38,992 bases of DNA from Polyangiaceae bacterium (GTDB lineage: Bacteria > Myxococcota_A > Polyangia > Polyangiales > Polyangiaceae), in the NCBI GenBank assembly GCA_022447485.1, contig JAKVCH010000001.1, positions 1-38,992 on the forward strand, in the 5' to 3' direction. A program made the translations under genes and the position numbers. Below the pieces are notes generated by a model, which worked only from the letters and a program-made list of their open reading frames with translations, did not search any database and was not told the DNA's origin. This document shows, piece by piece, positions 1 through 8,179 of this stretch. Numbering within the stretch: the first letter of the stretch is position 1; each line of letters opens with the position of its first letter.

Positions 1-204
1 CGGGCGTGTTTTTTGAAATATTTTCAAAAAAAATTTTTTTGGTGTGGTTTTAGACCCATTCAAGTTACCCAACGGCAGGAATTTGAAATATATCCCAAAA
101 AACGGCGTTTTCAAATTTTTTGAATAGCTGCTCCCTTCAGGTAAGAATTCAGTGGTTCTTGACTTAATGTGATACTTTCAGGTTACAAAGGAGATTTGTC
201 TTCA

Positions 205-603
205 TTACTTACCCATGAACTTTGTCAAATGACCGATTCTAAAATTTTTACATACCTTCTTTGCATTATCTTTCTTCGCTGCTTTTTTGGTTGCGTTCTT
301 TACTAGTTTTTTTGCAGTCTTCTTTTCAGGGGCCTTCTTAGCTGCCTTCTTGACTACCTTCTTGGTTGTCTTTTTTGCAGCTTTCTTGGCGACCTTCTTC
401 GCTGCCTTCTTTGCAGCCTTCTTGACTACTTTCTTTGCAGCCTTCTTGACGACCTTCTTTGCTACCTTCTTCTTGGCAGCCTTTTTAACGGTCTTTTTAG
501 CCGGCTTTTTTGCAGCTTTTTTTGTGGTCTTTTTCGCAGCTTTTTTTGCTGGTGCCTTTTTAGCTACCTTGGCAGCTTTTTTGGCAGATTTTTTTGCAGC
601 CAT
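205..603 (-). CDS. Histone H1-like Lys/Ala-rich basic DNA-binding protein (132 aa)
   Basis: ORF 205..639. I chose the internal ATG at 601-603 because GGAGGA (rc of 612-617) lies 8 nt upstream. The protein is almost entirely AKK/KKAA/KKTT/KKVV repeats with a short non-repetitive C-terminus (VCKNFRIGHLTKFMGK). TAA stop at 205-207. Confidence 0.8.
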   Translation of the reverse strand: MAAKKSAKKAAKVAKKAPAKKAAKKTTKKAAKKPAKKTVKKAAKKKVAKKVVKKAAKKVVKKAAKKAAKKVAKKAAKKTTKKVVKKAAKKAPEKKTAKKLVKNATKKAAKKDNAKKVCKNFRIGHLTKFMGK

Positions 604-962
604 GATTCGTATCCTCCCTGAGCAGATCAGAAGGGGCACAGAGTTGGAACGCCCCTAGAGTATGTTGCAAGACATATATTGCCACCTAGTGCGAGCTGTC
701 AACGAAAAAAGTGCACGCAACGGCTCAGAAATCGCAAAATTCCCGGCAAGTTAGTATGCAAAAGTTGCACACTCCTCAATCGTACAGGGAACGCCTGAAG
801 GGATTTTCACGAAAAGCCAGTGTCAGAGGAATCTTTCCCATCCAAGCGGAAAGTGGATTTTTATGCATAAAATAGCTATTTTTTCAGATTTTGACTGGAC
901 AAGAGTACATAAAATAGGGCAGCCCGTTTCACCTAGTCACAGAATGTGCACGGTAAAAAAAG

Positions 963-1775
963 ATGCGGGCTTTGACGCTTTCCACTCGAATATTTTTTTC
1001 TATTTTTTTCTTCATCATTTCGAGTTGCGGCTATTCTCAAGACGCTTGGGATCAAAAAGTTCGAGAGTCGGAAGAGTTACGTGATCGGCTCGCGGCTGAG
1101 CGACGAAGTCGTGAGCACACAGCCGACGATTACGCAGACGCACTCGAAAGAATTGAAAGTCTAGAAGCGACTCTCGAAGAACGCGGTCTCAGTTTGGAAG
1201 AACTCAACCAAGATCTCGCTGCACAAAAATCGGCATTGGAACAACTCGACAAACTACGGGAGGTGCATCAGCAAAATGCAGAGCGAGTCGCTGCTCTGCG
1301 AGCGCGTCTCGGGAAAGAGTCGGCTTTACCCAGTCAAGTACTTCTTCAAGACCTCGGTTTTCAAATTATTTGGGCTTCAACATCGCTGTTCGAAACGCAG
1401 CAGGCACGACTTTTGCCGGAGGCGCTGGAGGAGATCAAAAAAATGATCGATGTCATTTTTAGAGACCCTGAGCTCCTCAACTACGATTGGCGAATCGAAG
1501 CCAAGGAGACCCAAAAGTATCGCGGTCTCTATGGTGATGCTCAAGGCCTGGGCGCACAGCGAGCAAGTCGTCTCAGTGCAGCATTCGCGTTGAGCCAATC
1601 CGGTTCGGGCGACAGGCAGTTTTTGACACAATTAACCGCAGCGTCAACGCGCCCTGACTTTGGAAAAACGGATAAAAATAAGGAGAAAAGTGCTACACTC
1701 GCGTTGGTCGCTCGTCTTCCGCAACAACTCGACGCAAACGTAGCTGCACCGTTGTCACCAGCAAACCAGGAGTAA
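963..1775 (+). CDS. Putative lipoprotein with a coiled-coil region and a degenerate OmpA/MotB-like C-terminal domain
   Basis: ATG at 963. N-terminal signal peptide with a lipobox-like IISSC. The Glu/Leu/Arg-rich heptad-like segment (aa 30-120) suggests a coiled coil. The C-terminal part (LFETQQARLLPEALEEIKKMIDVI ... GLGAQRASRLSAAF) resembles the OmpA_C pattern. Confidence 0.55.
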   Translation: MRALTLSTRIFFSIFFFIISSCGYSQDAWDQKVRESEELRDRLAAERRSREHTADDYADALERIESLEATLEERGLSLEELNQDLAAQKSALEQLDKLREVHQQNAERVAALRARLGKESALPSQVLLQDLGFQIIWASTSLFETQQARLLPEALEEIKKMIDVIFRDPELLNYDWRIEAKETQKYRGLYGDAQGLGAQRASRLSAAFALSQSGSGDRQFLTQLTAASTRPDFGKTDKNKEKSATLALVARLPQQLDANVAAPLSPANQE

Positions 1776-2923
1776 CCTTTCTGCAACCCCTCGAACGATT
1801 GATAGAGGGAAATTGGATCGATTTACACAAGGAAAGGAACCCTCCAAGATTCTGACCTCATCGCAGACACCGTCTCTCGCTTCGAAGGCAATTCATTCTA
1901 GGCAAAGCAAGGTGAGGAACTGAGCTCCGCAGAAAGCAAAGAGCAGAACAACATCTCTAATGATTGATTTTTGCTCCAGTAGCAACGGTCTTTGAACAAC
2001 AGAATCACCTCTGGCGATTCTCAGACACATTCAGAGCTCAAACCGTGTTCTGCCTCAAGGGTGAACCCGACCGCACTCAAACCAAACGCTCTTTTCCTAC
2101 GCTTGCATCCAAATAGGGGCCTCTCAGAAACTTCCTTGCACCACGAAGGACAACTGAACGATGCCGGGGTGGGATCGGCAACCCAAGACTCCATGCATCC
2201 AGCCTTCAGTCAGCTCAAGTCAAAAGATCCTGTGCGACATCTGTCGGCCTTGCGCTATTTTCAATGCTTCTCGAGGGAAATGACTGAGGGAAAGCCGCGC
2301 CCTATGAGCTCGGCACAGTCAGAGAGAAATCGCGGTCCATTTTTTCTACCCTTCGTCGTTCAACATTGTGATAGGTTCATGAGTAAATAGGAATAAGAAC
2401 TCTGCGCCAAAGCTCGATCGGCCGAAGGGTCGTAAGGCACGAAAAGGCTCATTTCTCCTGCTCTCAGGCCCAGCGCCGCCCCTTTCGTGGTACAAATCAA
2501 CAATTTGACAGGAGGGCCTTTGATCACTATGTTTGCGCCCCTACCGAGGTCTACACTTCGGTACAGCAATGAACCGGGATTTTTTCAGTCTGGGTTCGTG
2601 GCACTAGATTCACTCGTTTTTGAAGCCGTCAACACGCTGGGAATAAGACAACTAGCTCAGATGTATTAGTTTTGTAGAAGATAAGCTCGTCTAACCGAAC
2701 GACGACAACCCATCCTCCTCATGGATGGTCGAATTGGTTGGAGAAAAGAGCGCTTCGGACGGTCACTCGAAGAGTGAAGACAGTACTCGGCGCAGCAGCG
2801 TCGGCGGGGGCCACTTTCCCTGTCGAATCAAGCGCCAGGTTTTCCGGATTTTTTCGGATTCCACAGGATAGACGATTACATGATTGCGCGAAAAAACGCG
2901 GATCATATCAATAGGACAAAGAC

Positions 2924-3424
2924 ATGCAGGCGACAGAAGAGTTCAAGATCGGTGACAAGGCCGTTTATCCAGCACAGGGTGTTGCAGAGGTAGTCAGCAT
3001 CGATGAGCGTGACATCGCAGGAAGCCTCCAAAAGTTCTACGTGCTTCGTATTCTCGATTCCGATCGGAAAATCATGGTGCCCGTAGCGAATGCGGACGCC
3101 GTCGGTTTACGCCAGGTGATCAATGAAACGGAGATTCGTGAAATCTTCGATATTCTCGAAGAGAAGACGATTGGTTTCGATACCCAAACCTGGAATCGTC
3201 GGTACAGGGGTTTCATGGATAAGATCAAGACCGGATCTATCTATGATGTCGCAGAGGTTTTGCGGGATCTTTATCGATTAAAAGCAAATAAGCAGCTCTC
3301 CTTCGGAGAACGCCGTATGCTCGATACGGCCAGAACATTGATCGTGAAAGAAATTGCGATTGCTCGTGATCAAAGCGAAGACCAGGTAAAAGAAGATATT
3401 GAAGCAATTTTCTTCACGAATTAA
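2924..3424 (+). CDS. carD: CarD/CdnL family RNA-polymerase-binding transcriptional regulator
   Basis: N-terminus FKIGDKAVYPAQGVAEVVSIDERDIAGSLQKFYVLRI is the classic CarD_CdnL_TRCF RNAP-interaction domain. At 166 aa the size is typical. Confidence 0.93.
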   Translation: MQATEEFKIGDKAVYPAQGVAEVVSIDERDIAGSLQKFYVLRILDSDRKIMVPVANADAVGLRQVINETEIREIFDILEEKTIGFDTQTWNRRYRGFMDKIKTGSIYDVAEVLRDLYRLKANKQLSFGERRMLDTARTLIVKEIAIARDQSEDQVKEDIEAIFFTN

Positions 3425-3488
3425 TCTCGTCTCAAGAGAATAATCGATGCGGAGCCCGACTCTTTCAATCGATTCCACTTAAGAAAAA

Positions 3489-3515
3489 AGCCTCGCACTT
3501 GCGGGGCTTTTTTCT
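3489..3515. terminator. Bidirectional rho-independent terminator between convergent carD and the lipoprotein gene
   Basis: GCCTCGC (3490-3496) pairs with GCGGGGC (3501-3507) as a 7 bp stem including one G-U, with a 4 nt loop ACTT. An A-run lies upstream (3484-3489) and a T-run downstream (3508-3513). Confidence 0.65.
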
Positions 3516-3560
3516 TGTCATCAACAAAGAGTCGACTCTCTCAGCAAGAATTCGAGAGAC

Positions 3561-4046
3561 CTAGAGACTTAACCCGTCATTGCGATTTCTTACCGGTGAT
3601 AATGGCGGCAATTCTACCGCTACACGCCATTCGTCACCTTCGAGCACGCAGCGCGTCACTGCACGAAGATTTTCAGGGCCCACAGCCACAACATCGGCCC
3701 AGCCCTCACTAATAAACACTTCATACTTCTTCGGTTCAAAGTGCAGAGTAAAATGCGACGGTGACAGCATCTCACTCGGTCGTAATTGACGACCCGATAG
3801 GGCAGTCGCTCGCTTTGCGCGCCGGCGTAAGTTTTCTCGGGCAGGCTTCCATAGGAGCGCAATTGCTTCTTCTGCTTGAGCGGGTGCCCCATGATTCGCC
3901 GCCATCTTCTCGAGAAAAAGCCGCGTGACTTCCTCTGGACCTGGAGGAGGCTCTTCAGCTGCGCAGCCTGTCAGGGAAAGCAAAGAAAAGACGAGACCTT
4001 GAGTAAGGTTAAAAAAATAAGGTATTCGCCCATTCATAGAAGACAC
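3561..4046 (-). CDS. Hypothetical lipoprotein
   Basis: Signal peptide with lipobox LSLTGC. GTG start at 4046, with an alternative ATG at 4037. TAG stop. No recognisable domain. Confidence 0.55.
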   Translation of the reverse strand: MSSMNGRIPYFFNLTQGLVFSLLSLTGCAAEEPPPGPEEVTRLFLEKMAANHGAPAQAEEAIALLWKPARENLRRRAKRATALSGRQLRPSEMLSPSHFTLHFEPKKYEVFISEGWADVVAVGPENLRAVTRCVLEGDEWRVAVELPPLSPVRNRNDGLSL

Positions 4047-4193
4047 GCCCCCGGAGACTTCCCCATAAAGCGACTCGACTCAACCAAATAGCCGCAAAAG
4101 CGCCTGAATTGGTTCGAGGACCGTCTTCAACTGCTCGCGGAACTCAGGCCCGAAAACTTTACTTACTTTATCTTACATTGTAATACTTGTCAG

Positions 4194-5270
4194 ATGAAGT
4201 GCGCTACAAAGCAAAGTCTCGACGCATCAAGCTCTTTGCCCCAGCTCCACTGGACAAAGGAGCAGGCAGGTTCGTCAAGTACTCAAGATTCTTTCCGTCT
4301 GGTGTCGGGCGAGGAGAAAGCGTCGATTGAGTTGATTCAAGGCGATAACCTAAAAGCACTCCGTCTACTGGCCCAAACCCAGGCGAACACCTTCACCTTC
4401 GCCTATCTGGACCCACCTTACCTCACTGGTCGAGAGTTCTTTCATGAGCCCCGATCTCGTTCGAAAAGCGGCAAAGCCGACGCAAAGAAGCTGAAGGCTT
4501 TCGACGATCGCTGGAAGAGCATGGGTGAATACCTCGACCATCTGGAACCTCGATTACGAGCTGTCCGTGAATTACTGACCGAGAACGGCTCCATGGTGCT
4601 TCACGTTGACTCCAAGACGGTACACTACGCAAAGGTGCTCTGCGACCAGATATTCGGAATTGAGTCCTTCGCCAGTGAGGTCATCTGGCGCTACCGACGC
4701 TGGCCGTCAAAAACCCCGAACTTTCAGCGCGTACACGACGTGATGATTCGCTACGTAAAAAATTCGGAGACAAGACCGCGCTTCCACCAACTCTACGAAC
4801 CACTGGCACCCTCCACTCAGGCAACCTGGGGCACAAAGAAACAGAGGGCGGTGACAAACGACGATGGTAAGCGCCTGCGCTCCAGCACAGGCAACGAAAA
4901 CTCCCTAGGAACCCCCTTGGGTGATGTTTGGGATATCTCGATCGTCGCGCCTGTAGCAAAAGAGCGCACGGGTTATCCGACGCAAAAACCAGAGGCGCTC
5001 CTGAAGCGCTGGCTGGAAGCCTGTACTGCCGCCGGCGATAAAGTTCTCGACCCTTATATGGGCTCAGGGACAACACTCAAAGTGGCGGCTGAGTTAGATA
5101 GAAAGGCTGTTGGTATCGACGCAGGGCCCGCTGCACTCAATGTTGCCATGGAGCGCCTGCATGATGCCAAAATTGACCACCGACACTACTGTATCGACTC
5201 CGGGAAGAAGGCCGAGCAGCAGCACAAGCAACAAGCGGCACAACCACTGTCCATGGGCGCTGCAGGTTGA
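4194..5270 (+). CDS. Beta-class N6-adenine/N4-cytosine DNA methyltransferase (N6_N4_Mtase family), with no partner endonuclease visible
   Basis: Catalytic motif IV DPPY (FAYLDPPYLTG) lies N-terminal to the SAM-binding motif I (LDPYMGSGTTLKVA). This is the beta-class circular order. LIQGDNLKALRLL is a typical N-terminal element. Confidence 0.85.
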   Translation: MKCATKQSLDASSSLPQLHWTKEQAGSSSTQDSFRLVSGEEKASIELIQGDNLKALRLLAQTQANTFTFAYLDPPYLTGREFFHEPRSRSKSGKADAKKLKAFDDRWKSMGEYLDHLEPRLRAVRELLTENGSMVLHVDSKTVHYAKVLCDQIFGIESFASEVIWRYRRWPSKTPNFQRVHDVMIRYVKNSETRPRFHQLYEPLAPSTQATWGTKKQRAVTNDDGKRLRSSTGNENSLGTPLGDVWDISIVAPVAKERTGYPTQKPEALLKRWLEACTAAGDKVLDPYMGSGTTLKVAAELDRKAVGIDAGPAALNVAMERLHDAKIDHRHYCIDSGKKAEQQHKQQAAQPLSMGAAG

Positions 5271-5303
5271 GGAAACAGAGAGGATTCCGTAAAAGAGAGT
5301 CCT

Positions 5304-6236
5304 ATGGTCTATCGCAAGCCCATCTTGCTCACTTCCCTGTGGTTACTCGGCTCCAGTGTGTTCAGCTCAAGCCACAGCCTGGGCGAAAATAAGGAGCCAG
5401 CGAAAACAGCGGCAACCTCCCTCGCCGATAGACAAAAAACCGCAGCACCAAGCGGCGGGCAAGAGGAGCAACGCATCACTTCAGTTCTCGGGCAACTGAA
5501 CATCGACGGGGAGGAGCTCCTCACAGCGATCAAATACTGTGAAAGAGATCAACCCCAGCTCAATGAGGCTGAATGCCTCAATGACTATTGGGTTCCCCAT
5601 TGGCTCTTAGCCAAGAAAACCAAACTATCTGCCTACGAAACGAATCGTATTCTAGCTCTCGAATTCAAAAGAAGCCTCCTCGCTGAAGTAGCTCTTCCCT
5701 CCGAGGACGAATTAAATCGCGCTATCGGGAAAGCGGCAGCTCAATACGCAAAGCCAGAAAGAGTTCGCGTCTTTCGTATTTTGCTGAGCACGGAGAAGGA
5801 GGCAATCCAGCTACTGCGCGACTTACCGCAACGCCTCACTCCAGAGAAATTCCGGCAACTCGCTCGAAGCCACTCGATCGACGAAGCGACACGACAACGA
5901 GGAGGAGACCTAGGCTTTCTTTGGCCTGACGGAAGAACGGACATACCCCAGGTCCAAGCAGATGCCAGTTTGTATCAAGCCGCATCCAAGTTAGCTGATG
6001 GGCAGCTAAGCAACGAACCCATCAAGGAAAAGGCTGGTTACGCTCTTCTCTGGAGACGCGGCTCTCTGCCGAAAGTAGCGCTCACGCCCGCTGAGGCCCG
6101 CAGCTACGCACTTGCTCGAAGCAAAAGAATTCAGAGTGAAAATGTGTTCGACATAACGCTCGAAGAGCTGAGAAACTCTCATCTCCAATCCTATCGGCCA
6201 CAGCTACTTGAAGTCTGGCAGAAAAAACAACCTTGA
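5304..6236 (+). CDS. Secreted parvulin-type peptidyl-prolyl cis-trans isomerase (SurA/PrsA-like)
   Basis: N-terminal signal peptide. Rotamase pattern RVFRILL ... HSIDEATRQRGGDLGFLWPDG ... AGYALLW. Confidence 0.75.
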   Translation: MVYRKPILLTSLWLLGSSVFSSSHSLGENKEPAKTAATSLADRQKTAAPSGGQEEQRITSVLGQLNIDGEELLTAIKYCERDQPQLNEAECLNDYWVPHWLLAKKTKLSAYETNRILALEFKRSLLAEVALPSEDELNRAIGKAAAQYAKPERVRVFRILLSTEKEAIQLLRDLPQRLTPEKFRQLARSHSIDEATRQRGGDLGFLWPDGRTDIPQVQADASLYQAASKLADGQLSNEPIKEKAGYALLWRRGSLPKVALTPAEARSYALARSKRIQSENVFDITLEELRNSHLQSYRPQLLEVWQKKQP

Positions 6237-6266
6237 TACCCAAAAGACGGCTGTAAGTGGCCCAGC

Positions 6267-6665
6267 CTAACGATCCAAATGCCAACCACTTTTTCGAAGG
6301 AGAGCTTCAAAGGTCTGAACTTCTCGCCGTGCCTTCTCAAGAGCAACTAAAAAGTCCTCGTGTTGACCTCGGCTGGCCGCATCGGTGGCTCGCTCCCAAC
6401 ATTCAAGGGCAAGCAGAAAGTGAGGGTGAGGTCGGCTGACCTCCGGGGGAATCTCCATCTCGCGAGCTGCCTTCACTCGAGCTTCGGCCAGACGATGCAG
6501 GGCTCGGGCTAACTCCTTATCATGAAAGCGTCTGCGCAATACGGATACTTCTTTCTCAGCTCCGCCGATAAAAAGCGATGCCCTCGCAAGATAGCTTCCG
6601 GCCAGCGCCGATGAAGAGATGACAGCGACCGCTAACCCAAGAAAAATTGCTCTTCGCGAGATCAT
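6267..6665 (-). CDS. Hypothetical secreted protein, translationally coupled to rnc
   Basis: Signal peptide MISRRAIFLGLAVAVISSSALAGS. Its ATG (6663-6665) shares one base with the rnc TGA stop (6665-6667). No recognisable domain. Confidence 0.5.
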   Translation of the reverse strand: MISRRAIFLGLAVAVISSSALAGSYLARASLFIGGAEKEVSVLRRRFHDKELARALHRLAEARVKAAREMEIPPEVSRPHPHFLLALECWERATDAASRGQHEDFLVALEKARREVQTFEALLRKSGWHLDR

Positions 6666-7432
6666 CACTCTTTGACTTCTGGACCTGATATGTTGATCGC
6701 GGCCGTCGTAGCCGACTCGATGGACTCAGGCGATAGTTCGACAGTCGAAAGTGCCTCATAGGCCTTCGACGCTAAAGCTCGACTAGCAGCTGCTCGCTCC
6801 GCGAGCCTTTTCGAACGTCCTTCGCCGACCCCAACACCGTGTGTTTCAATCTGAACTTCAACGCGGAACTGCGTCGCGTGAGCTGGCCCACTCTGCTCAA
6901 GCACCACGTAACGAGGAGCCTGGCGACCAATCGCTTGTACAACTTCTTGTAAGGCACTTTTGGGATCGAGTGCCCCGGCTTCTTCGATCTGAGCTAGCCC
7001 GAAGTCTAAGATCAAACGGGCGACCTGCCGCGCATCGTCGAGACTACCTTCACAATAGGTCGCCGCTAACAATGCTTCCACGAGATCGGCCAGGACATTA
7101 TCTGAATGAAGCAGGTGCTCTCGGGCACCTTTGCCAACTCTCAATACCTCTCCTAGACGATGCTCCCGCGCAAAAGCCGCCAAGGCATCCGTGCTCACCA
7201 ACTGTGCTCGGGTGCGAGTCAACCAACCCTCGTCGTTTTCGGGCTCTCGACCAAAGAGCACCTCGCTCACACAAAAGTCCAAAATGGCATCCCCAAGAAA
7301 CTCAAGGCGCTGATTATCCACTGCCGTTCGATGTTCATGGGCATAGCTGGGATGAGTCCGCGCCTCGGTGAATAATACCCCATCACCCTTCAGTCGGAAA
7401 AGCTTTGCAATTCTATCGAAATTTAGGTCCAT
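6665..7432 (-). CDS. rnc: Ribonuclease III
   Basis: RNase III signature NQRLEFLGDAILDF, plus a C-terminal dsRBD (KSALQEVVQAIGRQAPRYVVLEQSGPAHATQFRVEV). Confidence 0.93.
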   Translation of the reverse strand: MDLNFDRIAKLFRLKGDGVLFTEARTHPSYAHEHRTAVDNQRLEFLGDAILDFCVSEVLFGREPENDEGWLTRTRAQLVSTDALAAFAREHRLGEVLRVGKGAREHLLHSDNVLADLVEALLAATYCEGSLDDARQVARLILDFGLAQIEEAGALDPKSALQEVVQAIGRQAPRYVVLEQSGPAHATQFRVEVQIETHGVGVGEGRSKRLAERAAASRALASKAYEALSTVELSPESIESATTAAINISGPEVKE

Positions 7433-7475
7433 GGCTGGAGGTGAGCATGGCGCTAGTTCGTGTTACGCTCAAGTC

Positions 7476-8132
7476 ATGGGCGAATTATTGGCCTGTCCCT
7501 TCTGTCGGGAGCTCTACTCACGAGGCGAAGCCGAGGTATGTCCTGGCTGCGAACTTCGCCTCGTGCCCCTGCATCGCCTACCTCCTTCCTATCAAGCGGA
7601 GCAGGAGGATCATCTCGAAGGTACGCAAGATGCTCCCTACGACAGGAATTTAGGCTGGCGTTGGCTTGGTCGTGGCCGAGGACCCTTACTTTTCTTGTCC
7701 TCCTGCGGACTCCTGCTCTTTTTCTGTCCCTGGGCCTCTTTCTTACGACCTGATCCCTTGGATCTCTCAGGGTTCGACATGGCCAAAACATTTGCTCCCT
7801 GGCTATTTGGCGGTGCCATCGGCTGGTTCCTGTTGATCCCCCTACTGCTGACACGCACGACTATCCGCCGTCTCCGTGGTCTGCGCGTCATCGCTAGCCT
7901 CTTCTCTGCTCTGACCCTCGGAGAAGTTTTATTGTTGGCCCAGCGCCCCCCCTCGGGCAGCCGCTATTTCAGCTACGGCTTTGAGTACGAATGGGCTTTT
8001 TGGCTGAGCGGATTCATCAGCGCTGTGGCTCTCTACTTTTCATTCCGCCTTGGTGGTTCAATTGAGGACCTCAGAGACCTTCCTTTTTCGGTCGACCAAC
8101 AGCTTCTCCCGGGCCAAAAAGAAGTCCATTGA
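7476..8132 (+). CDS. Hypothetical membrane protein with an N-terminal zinc ribbon
   Basis: CPFC-x13-CPGC at the N-terminus, followed by about 4 hydrophobic helices. The start is ambiguous. The ORF opens at 7368 but overlaps divergent rnc, so the ATG at 7431 or 7476 is more plausible. Confidence 0.5.
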   Translation: MGELLACPFCRELYSRGEAEVCPGCELRLVPLHRLPPSYQAEQEDHLEGTQDAPYDRNLGWRWLGRGRGPLLFLSSCGLLLFFCPWASFLRPDPLDLSGFDMAKTFAPWLFGGAIGWFLLIPLLLTRTTIRRLRGLRVIASLFSALTLGEVLLLAQRPPSGSRYFSYGFEYEWAFWLSGFISAVALYFSFRLGGSIEDLRDLPFSVDQQLLPGQKEVH

Positions 8133-8179
8133 AGGTCGAACAGCGAAAGAGACAATGGCGAAAAGCGCGGGACGTTTCA

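Noticed and set aside
287-658. A 123 aa plus-strand ORF (FFAAFLTTFF...) opposite the H1-like gene.
   Set aside because: It is a mirror-image artefact. The reverse complement of AAG/GCN-rich Lys/Ala repeats is stop-free and encodes Phe/Ala/Leu runs. It has no start context.
2091-2150. The minus strand contains CUGAGA followed by CCUAUUUGGAUGCAAGCGUAGGAAAAG and a preceding UCCUU/AAGGA hairpin. This is reminiscent of the TPP riboswitch J3/2 and P4-P5 (CUGAGA ... CUGGAUAAUGCCAGCGUAGGGAA).
   Set aside because: No P1 or P2 pairing partner (GGGG...) exists upstream. The P5 loop is truncated, and the J2/4 linker and ACCUGAUC segment are missing. No thiamine-related gene lies downstream on that strand.
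1992-2669. ORFs 1992-2390 (+), 2360-2569 (-) and 2487-2669 (+) as possible genes in the large gap. This includes a 46 aa sub-ORF from ATG 2529 with GGAGG 13 nt upstream.
   Set aside because: They use alternative start codons, overlap one another on both strands, have composition unlike proteins (Ser/Arg/Pro/His-rich with no hydrophobic periodicity) and have poor SD spacing. There is no basis for calling them coding.
2818-2830. The minus strand reads UGAUUCGACAGGG. This is nearly identical to the conserved GGAUUCGAC(A/G)GGG element near the 5' end of tmRNA.
   Set aside because: The 13 nt upstream (AAACCUGGCGCUU) cannot form a GGGG-type acceptor stem. I found no T-arm or CCA-proximal acceptor strand, and no tag reading frame ending in ..LAA-stop within 400 nt downstream. 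The same GATTCGAC octamer also occurs by chance in the hairpin at 26105. It is kept only as a note inside the unexplained-gap finding.
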